DNA from: a virus
Taxonomy: Duplodnaviria; Heunggongvirae; Uroviricota; Caudoviricetes
DNA: 14,573 nt
Reading direction: 5' to 3' (one strand)
Virus record (IMG/VR): IMGVR_UViG_2645727715_000004
The position numbers and the translations under genes are program-made. Numbering within the stretch: position 1 is the first letter of the stretch; each line of letters opens with the position of its first letter. The notes under the pieces are model-generated. The model searched no databases, was not told the DNA's origin, and was given only the letters and a program-made list of their open reading frames with translations. Positions 7,560 to 14,573 of the stretch are shown here, piece by piece.

Positions 7560-9393
7560 TTACCTGCCAAAGCGCGTATAGCCAACATCATGGCTGACAT
7601 CAAAACCGCTGGATCGCGTTTCCATAACCCGCATACCCGGAGGCGAATTCACAAAAGAGACCTTGATCTCACCATCAACTTTTGGCGCAGAAGCTTTGTT
7701 AATCATGAAGGGATTCGGGCCTGTGGCATCGGAGGCGTTGTTTGATTGAGCCGGATCTACCGCCGGATAAGGTGTGTATCCCCGCGCCGGTATTCCCGTC
7801 CCATAAGCATCATAAGCACCCGCGCCCCACTGCGCAGAGTTAATGGCATCGACCGTGTCACCGGAACTGTCGGTAAACCACTCAATAATTGGCTTCAGCT
7901 TGTCCCACATATCCTGAAACCACTTAACAACCGGTCCCCAGTTATTGATCACTATCCCCAGCGGCGACCAGGCAAAAACCTTCTTAAGAAGTTCCCAGCC
8001 AGCCTCAAAATAAGGACCAATGGTTTCCCAGAGTTTCTTAAAATAAGGTCCGACAACATCCCAGTTAGTGATAATTAATCCCGCAGCCAGGCTATCGCCG
8101 TCGCAATCATGCCAATCGGCGTCATCGACATAATCCTGCTGACAATACTGATGGCACCGCCAACGCCCATCAATCCCAGTTTCAGAATCGCAAGACCGGC
8201 AGCAAGCCCGACGACGCCGCGAATAACCCGGGGATTTTCATCCGCAAACTTCGTGAATTTTTCCCCTAACTCCCCCAGCCATTGCGTGATATTTTTGGCG
8301 TCACCAGAAAATGCGCCGCCAATAGCCGCAAGGCCGTTAGTTGCGGTCCCCGTCATTGCCTCCCACAGGTTGGACAGCGTTCCAAGCTGGGCCTGAACAC
8401 GTTTATTCAGGCTGGCCTGTTTATTCATCTTCTGCTGGATCTGATCGTAGCCATCCTTTCCTTTATCGATTAGTGCATTGACCACCTGAAGGGTTTCGGC
8501 ATCATCACCAAATATTGCCTTAAGTACACCTGTTCGCTTAACGTCTGTCAGTTTTCGCAGCTTTGCCAGTTGCTTAAACATGTTATCAAGACCGCCAAAA
8601 CTCCCTTTGCCGTCAGTAAAATCGAGCTGCACTCCGAGTTTCTGGCGGGCCATGACTTTATTGACGTCCCTGATTTTCTTAACGCTTAATCCGGACTGGA
8701 TAACTTTTCGCAGGGCATTACCTGCCGACTCCCCGTTCATCCCCATCTGATCCATCATGACGCTGATAGGGGCAAGGCTCTGTGCAGCCTGAAGTCCGTC
8801 CTTATTCACCATCTTCAGAACAGAACTGGTTTTAGTGAAGAAGGACAACATGTTGGTATCGTCAACGCCCAGATAAAACGCCTTCTGGATAGTGTCGAAC
8901 AGCCCCATCATGTCTTCTGACGCCGTTCCGGTAGCATCCTGCATCTTTGCAGCAAACTCAGCAGCCGCTTCCGGTGTTTTTTTCAGTTGTACCGCAAGAT
9001 AAGCTGTCGCTTTACCCACACCACCAAGAATGTTTTCTGCCGGGATCCCTGACGCACCAGCATCTGCATCATGTTCTGGAAATCAGCCGTTGTACCGGGT
9101 AGCTGGTTACCCAGGCCAATAGCCAGTTTATTGATGTCCTGAAAGCTCTTTCCAACCTCGCCGTTCGCATCCATCATAGCGACTTTCAGCCCGGTGGCGG
9201 CGTTTTCCTGATCAGCATAAGATTTCAGGGAAAGCGTCAGACCCGCTGCCAGTCCGCCACCAAGCGCCAGCCCACCCTGTGACGCTTCTTCCGCCTGGCG
9301 TTTAAATCCCCGGATTTTCTTTTGCATTTTCGACAGCGCGGGAGAAAGCCTGTCGACACCGGTGATCAACGCCTTAAGCTCAAATTCAGCCAT
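7560..9393 (-). CDS. Tail tape measure protein, interrupted by two apparent 1-nt deletions (about 9042..9054 and 8071..8080)
   Basis: Three consecutive minus-strand ORFs (8983..9393, 8075..9019, 7560..7952) form one roughly 612-codon reading frame if one base is restored at each junction (VRQG|IPAENILGG and WLRD|LIITNW). Shows the hydrophobic segment and W-rich C-terminal repeats typical of tape measure proteins. Confidence 0.7.
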
Positions 9394-9804
9394 GTGTGCG
9401 TTTCTCCTGCTCTATCCTGTTTGCCTGACTGACCAGCAAGGGAATTTCACTGATCGGCATATTCAGCAATTCGAAGGGATTAATGCGCCAGTAGCTGGCG
9501 CAGTCAAAGAAGCGATCAGTGAGGTATTCAGCCGTCAGGCCTGGAGGAAAAAACCAGCCACAAGCCACGCCGCTGCATTCAGGTCTGCCGGAGACATCTG
9601 GTCGACAGAGCTTTGCGGCACTTTCGCCAGCCGCACAATGTATTTCGACACCACATGCGCCAGAAGTCTGACGGACTCATCCTGATTCATCTGGTAGGGA
9701 TACCCCAGCTCGCGGACATCCTTCCCGGTGGGCTCATCAAACTCCAGTACGGAGAGTGTCTCACCATGAGCGATAATCGGTTTCTTTAACTCAAGCTCTT
9801 TCAT
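9386..9804 (-). CDS. Tail assembly chaperone frameshift fusion product (gpGT / gpE+E' analogue) made by programmed -1 ribosomal frameshift
   Basis: The -1 frame ORF 9386..9568 overlaps the 3' end of the chaperone ORF and ends 8 nt inside the tape measure start; slippery heptamer T_TTT_TTC lies in the overlap. Confidence 0.65.
9535..9804 (-). CDS. Tail assembly chaperone (lambda gpG / P2 gpE analogue)
   Basis: 89-aa ORF between tube and tape measure genes; carries the slippery site at its 3' end. Confidence 0.75.
   Translation of the reverse strand: MKELELKKPIIAHGETLSVLEFDEPTGKDVRELGYPYQMNQDESVRLLAHVVSKYIVRLAKVPQSSVDQMSPADLNAAAWLVAGFFLQA
9547..9553 (-). other. Slippery heptamer T TTT TTC for the programmed -1 frameshift
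   Basis: Minus-strand codons GGT TTT TTC in the zero frame; plus-strand gaaaaaa at 9547..9553. Confidence 0.6.
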
Positions 9805-10160
9805 TACTGGTAATCCCCTTCTTCACCGTGGAACTCAAGATCAACCGTGCCTTCTTCGGCATTATGGTTCGCTTCTCCGTGCAGCCAGGCGGACGACAAT
9901 ACATAGACCTGACCGTTCGCCAGCTCGGCAGTGATAGTCATCTCATCAGACGAGGTGATTTTGTTCACCGGAAAATTCTTCGGCACCTTGAAAGTCCCTT
10001 TGACATAAGGCGCACGGTGAGTTTCCTTGCGGTCCACTGAACCGTCCAGGCCGATGATGTCATCATTGACCGTCCTGTTCATGGGCACCTCAATGCCGCC
10101 GGTCAGCGATAGCTGTTGACCGTCAATTTTGAAATAACAGGTTCCCCCGATACGGGCCAT
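9804..10160 (-). CDS. Tail tube protein (Mu gpM-like)
   Basis: 118-aa ORF immediately downstream of the sheath gene, start overlapping the sheath stop. Confidence 0.75.
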   Translation of the reverse strand: MARIGGTCYFKIDGQQLSLTGGIEVPMNRTVNDDIIGLDGSVDRKETHRAPYVKGTFKVPKNFPVNKITSSDEMTITAELANGQVYVLSSAWLHGEANHNAEEGTVDLEFHGEEGDYQ

Positions 10161-11656
10161 TATGCAGACTCCTCTGAATACTGAAGACGGAACTGGTTAA
10201 CCACGGCAAAGACACGCAACTGGTTAACATAGTCAGGCGGGAACAGCGTGTTCAGGCGGTTCGGATCGCTGGCATCACGCTCCACAACCAGGTACTGCTT
10301 AAACAGTTCGTAGTTTTCCACGATCCCCGCACGCTCAAGCTGACGGTAGGTTGCCAGCAGTTCCCCTTTGATCACCGCCGGTGTGACAATCGCCTGACCG
10401 GGACCAAAGCGGGTACCGTCGCTGGCAAGCTTGTGACGCCCGTACTTACTGGTAATGACGGATTTCAGTTTGCGCAGTACATACGCGCTGGTATGCAGCG
10501 TCTCGCTGTCGAGGTAGCTGTTATCCGCAACACCGTAAGCGTTTTTCCTGTACGTGGTGACATCACGCTGAATGCGCAGCACCCCGCTTTCGACATACGC
10601 CGTTGCCACGCCATGAGACAGCAGGGTCTGTTGTTCGGTCATCGTGAACCGTTTCCCCTTCGGCGCAGGCAGCATACCCACCAGTTCACCGGTCTGCGTG
10701 GGACGTGCCGGATCGTTGCGAATAAACACCGCTGCGCGGGCGGTACGGCTTGCCGCCAGCTCGTCGGCAGGCGTCTGGGTCTCTTTTTCGTATCCCGCCA
10801 GGGTAATGTGCTGCTGGTTAAACTGGTCACCTGCGGTCACCAGTTCTGACAGCGTGCCGGTCTTTGCCGTATACACATGACCATACAGCTGACGCGCATA
10901 GCTCCAGCGACCGCTGGTATCGTTCATCTCGGTCACCAGCGTGTTAACGGAGGCCGTGTCGTTGAACGGCAGGCCGATATAATCAAACGGCTCATCCGCC
11001 ATTGCAGCCACCGCGCCGGTGAGAACCGGAGCGCCCGTTCCGGCGATCCCCGTCGCCACGGCAATCTGTACGCCCGCTGGCAGCACTTCGCCCCCACCAA
11101 AGCCGTAGTAATTGAGGCTGACAGGAATTTCATTCCCGCAAAGCCCCTTATGACGCGCGGTCAGTGTGACCACGCCTGCCGAAGATGAGGCAGTAAACGG
11201 CAGGGTCGGAACGGCATTGATGGCATCTTTGATACTGCTGGCAATCGTCGCGACGTTATCGCCGTTGGTCACCGGTGCCTGCACGCGGGTACGTCCCACA
11301 TAAACATTCACCGTGCCGGTTTCGGTTGCCGCGCCGGTCACCGTCAGCGTAACTGTTGCCGCCGCGCCCGTGGATTCAGGAACGGCAATCACATACAGTT
11401 CACCAAACGGGTCGGTCTGGCGATAAGCCTCGACCATACGCGCCAGCTGACTTCCCGCACCACAAATCTGGCGTGCATAGTCTGCCGATGGCATCAGCAC
11501 CAGACTGTTGGCAACAATCTCTGCACCGTTATTGGCATGACCAATCAGCAGCGATGCTCCGCTGTCCTGTGCAGTATTCGCCGCCGAGTTATCCATTTCC
11601 GCATAAAAAATCGGAACCAGCGTATTCGACGGAATGGTGTTAAAGCTTATCGTCAT
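10160..11656 (-). CDS. Contractile tail sheath protein (Mu gpL-like)
   Basis: 498-aa ORF, N-terminus MTISFNTIPSNTLVPIFYAEMDNS typical of Mu-like sheath proteins; followed by tube and chaperone genes. Confidence 0.85.
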   Translation of the reverse strand: MTISFNTIPSNTLVPIFYAEMDNSAANTAQDSGASLLIGHANNGAEIVANSLVLMPSADYARQICGAGSQLARMVEAYRQTDPFGELYVIAVPESTGAAATVTLTVTGAATETGTVNVYVGRTRVQAPVTNGDNVATIASSIKDAINAVPTLPFTASSSAGVVTLTARHKGLCGNEIPVSLNYYGFGGGEVLPAGVQIAVATGIAGTGAPVLTGAVAAMADEPFDYIGLPFNDTASVNTLVTEMNDTSGRWSYARQLYGHVYTAKTGTLSELVTAGDQFNQQHITLAGYEKETQTPADELAASRTARAAVFIRNDPARPTQTGELVGMLPAPKGKRFTMTEQQTLLSHGVATAYVESGVLRIQRDVTTYRKNAYGVADNSYLDSETLHTSAYVLRKLKSVITSKYGRHKLASDGTRFGPGQAIVTPAVIKGELLATYRQLERAGIVENYELFKQYLVVERDASDPNRLNTLFPPDYVNQLRVFAVVNQFRLQYSEESA

Positions 11657-11810
11657 CGGTATTCACCTTTTCATTCACGCGCCGGATATCACCCGCTGCT
11701 TCACGGCGCAGCCAGTAGTTGTTCTCATCAACATTTCGCCCCTCGGCGGGCAAAAGGTCGCCGCGGGCAGGGTCAGGCACTGACCGCCCTTTAACAGGTT
11801 TCACAAACAT
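11640..11810 (-). CDS. Small ORF (56 aa) upstream of and overlapping the sheath start; not in the supplied ORF track
   Basis: Hand translation: ATG at 11810 nine nt after the preceding gene's stop, MFVKPVKGRSVPDPARGDLLPAEGRNVDENNYWLRREAAGDIRRVNEKVNTDDDKL, stop TAA 11640..11642. Fills the otherwise empty 160-bp gap. Confidence 0.45.
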   Translation of the reverse strand: MFVKPVKGRSVPDPARGDLLPAEGRNVDENNYWLRREAAGDIRRVNEKVNTDDDKL

Positions 11811-11818
11811 GAAGATTC

Positions 11819-12379
11819 TCAGGAAGGAAGGGTTATTTCGGTGTGATGTTCGATATCGCCGTCAGGCCCGTTACCGGGATCGAGATAATCAACATCAATC
11901 GCCAGCGTTCGCAGTTCATCCAGACTGTTCAGGTCATCCTGCTGGCGGGTATCGTCTTCGGTCAGCTCGCTGATGACCGAAAAATCGAACTGATAAATCA
12001 GCTCATGACGATTCAGATCCAGCAGCGTGCCGCCGTCATAGGTAATCGGGTTACCGCACGCTTCCGGGTTCCAGCCCAGCAGGGCCTTAAAGAGCATCTG
12101 CCGGACATCGTCCACCACATCATACGAAGCAAACTGACCGCGCTCATCACGCCCGTTACTCAGTATGACAACCACGGAGAAGCCCTCTTTCAGCTCCTGC
12201 CAGTAGTCGGTCTGGCTTTTGTTTTCTCCCGGAGAATCATCACCCGGTACAACATATGCCGCCGGGAGTTTCAGCTTTCCGACCTCCGGCAGATTTTTGA
12301 ACTGGGCCGCGCCTGCAACCCGGTTTTCAAAATACGGACAGCGGGCACGCAGTGCAGCAATAACAGGCGTCAGTTTCAT
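11819..12379 (-). CDS. Putative neck / tail-completion (tail terminator-like) protein
   Basis: 186-aa ORF between the gp10-like neck gene and the sheath; function assigned by position only. Confidence 0.45.
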   Translation of the reverse strand: MKLTPVIAALRARCPYFENRVAGAAQFKNLPEVGKLKLPAAYVVPGDDSPGENKSQTDYWQELKEGFSVVVILSNGRDERGQFASYDVVDDVRQMLFKALLGWNPEACGNPITYDGGTLLDLNRHELIYQFDFSVISELTEDDTRQQDDLNSLDELRTLAIDVDYLDPGNGPDGDIEHHTEITLPS

Positions 12380-12881
12380 CTGTGTCGTCGCTCCGGCTTC
12401 AGTGATTTACGCAATTCCCGCGCCAGAAAATAGCGTGTCCAGCTGCGGTTCTTTTCAAGCGTTTCCACCATGAAGTTATTACGTGGAGCCAGTCGCCAGC
12501 CGCTGCCACCGGATGCACCACGATGATGGCTGCGACGACGCTTTGCCCCTCGCCTCACGCCATAGAACAAAAAAGCCGGATAAAAATCACCGGTGATACG
12601 GCGGTTTCCCTCTCCATTACGCTGGTTAGGGGCTATACGTGCCATAAAACCAGGGCGATGTTTACTGGCTCTGGGTACCATGTAACCAATCGAACGAGCC
12701 AGGCGTCCGGTCTGATAACCGGGGTTTTCACCCGGTGCCGACCGCGCACGGCGCATCACCAGCGACGGGCATCACGCATATGACGCTGACCAATCGTGAC
12801 AAACGCCCGCCGGACACGGGCGCGGTTAAAGCGCATCTCCGCGGGCTGCTGAAAATCAACGTGCAAAAAGGAAGTCGTCAT
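12376..12881 (-). CDS. HK97 gp10-family head-tail joining protein, interrupted by an apparent 1-nt deletion near 12757..12766
   Basis: ATG at 12881 gives MTTSFLHVDFQQPAEMRFNRARVRRAFVTIGQRHMRDARRW then stop; the -1 frame continues as VMRRARSAPGENPGYQTGRLARS... to 12376. Restoring one base makes one roughly 168-aa protein. Confidence 0.55.
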
Positions 12882-13266
12882 TGTTGCCTCCGTGACTCTG
12901 CCCACATTCGCCCAGCTCCGTACACTCCAGCAGCAGAAAGCGCCGCGCCCCGTTCAGATCGCGCTGACGTTTCACCCGGTACACACTGTCACCGCAGACC
13001 ACCTCATAATCAGCGGTGATCCCCCGGCGGTAACGAATGGTGATGTAATGGGTGATGGCGTCCCCGGTCTGCGCGGTTTCCTGCCAGGTGGTGGCACTGG
13101 TCTGGATAACCTTCGCCCATGTCCGGAACGTAACCGGGTATTGAGGCTCCACGCCAAAGTTATCCGCGGGCATATCCACCCGCTGGCGGATCAGGACGCG
13201 TTTATTCAGTTCACCGGGGTCCGGCAGAATGTAGGTTGCGCTGGTCTGCGCCTGACGAATTTTCAT
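12856..13266 (-). CDS. Head closure / head-tail adaptor protein
   Basis: 136-aa ORF following the connector gene with overlapping start/stop; size and position fit. Confidence 0.6.
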   Translation of the reverse strand: MKIRQAQTSATYILPDPGELNKRVLIRQRVDMPADNFGVEPQYPVTFRTWAKVIQTSATTWQETAQTGDAITHYITIRYRRGITADYEVVCGDSVYRVKRQRDLNGARRFLLLECTELGECGQSHGGNNDDFLFAR

Positions 13267-13586
13267 TGCGGAAAGTACCTGTACGGGCCGACAAGCCAGC
13301 CAAAACTCTGCGGCATGTCGAGTTTCTCCACTTCCGTAACCGACGAGCGGTTTTCGTAAAAATGGCTGATAAGCATCAGCATCCCCAGACGAATATCATC
13401 CGGCAGGTGCAGCCCGTCCGGATCGCTGTCCGGAATGGTTTCATCCGGTGCATAGAGCTTCCGGTTCAGATACGTTTCCGTCCGCTTTTGTGCCGCACAG
13501 GCCAGCAGTTGCAGATGGCGGTCATCAGCATCGAAATCCTCATCCAGCCGGAGTTGGGCTTTAATCTCTTCCATTGTCAGAAGCAT
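13263..13586 (-). CDS. Head-tail connector protein (HK97 gp6-like)
   Basis: 107-aa acidic ORF, MLLTMEEIKAQLRLDEDFDADDRHLQLL..., typical of gp6-like connector proteins; conserved position after the capsid gene. Confidence 0.65.
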   Translation of the reverse strand: MLLTMEEIKAQLRLDEDFDADDRHLQLLACAAQKRTETYLNRKLYAPDETIPDSDPDGLHLPDDIRLGMLMLISHFYENRSSVTEVEKLDMPQSFGWLVGPYRYFPQ

Positions 13587-13588
13587 AC

Positions 13589-13789
13589 TCAGCCCTCTTT
13601 ACTGGTCGTGGCTTTTTTCTCTTTTGCCGCTTTACTGCTTTTTGCACTGATTCCGCGCTCTGCTAACCCGGCCTGAAGTGCAATCTCCTGCACCCGGGCA
13701 GGAAGCGCCCCGTCGTCATACTCACCGGCCCGAATGACCTCAACACGCATACCGTCCGGTGACCATTTCAGATCTTGTTTCAGGATCAT
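13589..13789 (-). CDS. Hypothetical small phage protein (66 aa, lysine-rich C-terminus)
   Basis: ORF with SD-like GGTGAAG upstream of ATG at 13789; sits between capsid and connector genes. Confidence 0.45.
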   Translation of the reverse strand: MILKQDLKWSPDGMRVEVIRAGEYDDGALPARVQEIALQAGLAERGISAKSSKAAKEKKATTSKEG

Positions 13790-13811
13790 GATTCTTCACC
13801 CGTCAGAACAG

Positions 13812-13831
13812 GGGGCGCGGTTCCGCGCCCC
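13812..13831 (-). terminator. GC-rich hairpin just after the major capsid gene; possible attenuator or RNA-stability element
   Basis: 9-bp GC stem GGGGCGCGG/CCGCGCCCC (13812..13820 / 13823..13831) in the 49-bp gap after the capsid stop; no clear U-tract on the minus strand. Confidence 0.35.
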
Positions 13832-13838
13832 TGAGTGA

Positions 13839-14573
13839 TTACGCCGCTGCAATCTTCAGCAGTTTGATGGCCTGCGAATCGACCAGCATCCCGCCGGTGC
13901 GCTTGGTGGTATAAAAACCGACAAACGGTTTATTGGTGTACGGGTCACGCAGAATGCGGGTGCCGATACGGTCAACGATGGTGTAACCCCGTTTGAAGTT
14001 ACCAAATGCAATGGCTTTCGCATCAGCGGCGATATCCGGCATCTGTTCGTTTTCAGCGATACCGTAACCCGCCAGAGAGGACGGCTGCCCCAGTTCCAGC
14101 CCCGGACGCCACAGATAGTTACCCTCGGTGTCTTTCAGCAGACGGATGGCAAACAGGCTGTTGTTGTTCATCATGAACTTCGCGCCAGTGCGGTGTGCCT
14201 TACGCAGCGTGTAAATCAGTTTGATAATGGCGTCTGCGGTCACCGCGGTCGCTTCGCCGGATACAATATGCTGAAGTTTGCCGAACGCCCGGACCTTATC
14301 GGTTTCATCAGTAGATTCATACGCCAGGAACCCTTTTGGCTTCTTGGTACCATCGCCGGTGGTAAAGGCAATTTCTTCCTGTTCGGCAAATTCGGTCGCC
14401 AGCTCGCTGTTGATCCAGGCCTCCACGTTGAAGAAGGCATCGTCCAGCATTTTCTGGGTAGCCTGCGGGTTGCCGTAGATTTCCCCCATGAGAGGTTCAA
14501 TCAGCTCCAGTCTGGAGGTGGCAGTCTGGGATCGCGTATCCGTTACCCCCACCCATCCGGAAGCCGTACCGCC
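13839..14573 (-). CDS. Major capsid protein, HK97 family (5'-truncated; continues beyond the right edge)
   Basis: C-terminal region shows the GNFKRGYTIVDR and RILRDPYT type motifs of HK97-fold capsid proteins; the frame stays open upstream of the listed M to base 14573. Confidence 0.85.
   Translation of the reverse strand, partial: GGTASGWVGVTDTRSQTATSRLELIEPLMGEIYGNPQATQKMLDDAFFNVEAWINSELATEFAEQEEIAFTTGDGTKKPKGFLAYESTDETDKVRAFGKLQHIVSGEATAVTADAIIKLIYTLRKAHRTGAKFMMNNNSLFAIRLLKDTEGNYLWRPGLELGQPSSLAGYGIAENEQMPDIAADAKAIAFGNFKRGYTIVDRIGTRILRDPYTNKPFVGFYTTKRTGGMLVDSQAIKLLKIAAA

Noticed and set aside
7746-8473. Plus-strand ORFs 7746..8078, 8109..8396 and 8282..8473 as independent genes
   Set aside because: They lie antisense within the tape measure reading frame, whose three minus-strand pieces join into one protein.
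10433-13676. Long plus-strand ORFs (10433..10849, 11843..12433, 12892..13359, 13236..13676 and similar)
   Set aside because: All are antisense to well-supported minus-strand structural genes, with biased Arg/Pro/Cys-rich composition; they are expected by chance in GC-rich DNA.
1-14573. Diversity-generating retroelement acting on the fibre gene
   Set aside because: No reverse transcriptase ORF and no template/variable repeat pair; the only large repeat is the inverted duplication of the fibre 5' end, which fits an inversion switch.
1-14573. CRISPR array, tRNA, rRNA or IS element
   Set aside because: No regularly spaced direct repeats, no cloverleaf-like segments in the few non-coding gaps, and no transposase-like ORF; non-coding space is minimal.

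Overview
The window is a late structural-gene block of a temperate tailed phage or prophage, almost all on the minus strand and tightly packed with overlapping start/stop codons. Reading right to left: a 5'-truncated HK97-family major capsid gene, a small ORF, head-tail connector, head-closure and HK97 gp10-like neck genes, then a Mu-like contractile tail module (sheath, tube, frameshifting chaperone pair, tape measure, DNA-circularisation N-like, P-like hub, spike, gp46/gp47/gp48-like baseplate genes), ending in a tail fibre plus tail-fibre-assembly gene. The left 2.5 kb is the most interesting part: a perfect 320-bp inverted repeat (1..320 vs 2194..2513) carries the fibre N-terminus on both arms and flanks a 1.87-kb AT-richer segment with two convergent, unrelated fibre C-terminus + chaperone cassettes. 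Sequences resembling Hin/Gin/Cin/Pin crossover sites sit at the inner edge of each arm, so this looks like a Mu G-segment / P1 C-segment type host-range inversion switch whose invertase gene probably lies just left of the window. Five genes are broken by apparent single-nucleotide indels (alternative fibre, gp46-like, tape measure twice, gp10-like), which is either sequencing error or early prophage decay. All product calls come from reading the translated ORFs against remembered family features; no database search was possible. No rRNA, tRNA, CRISPR array or IS element was seen.
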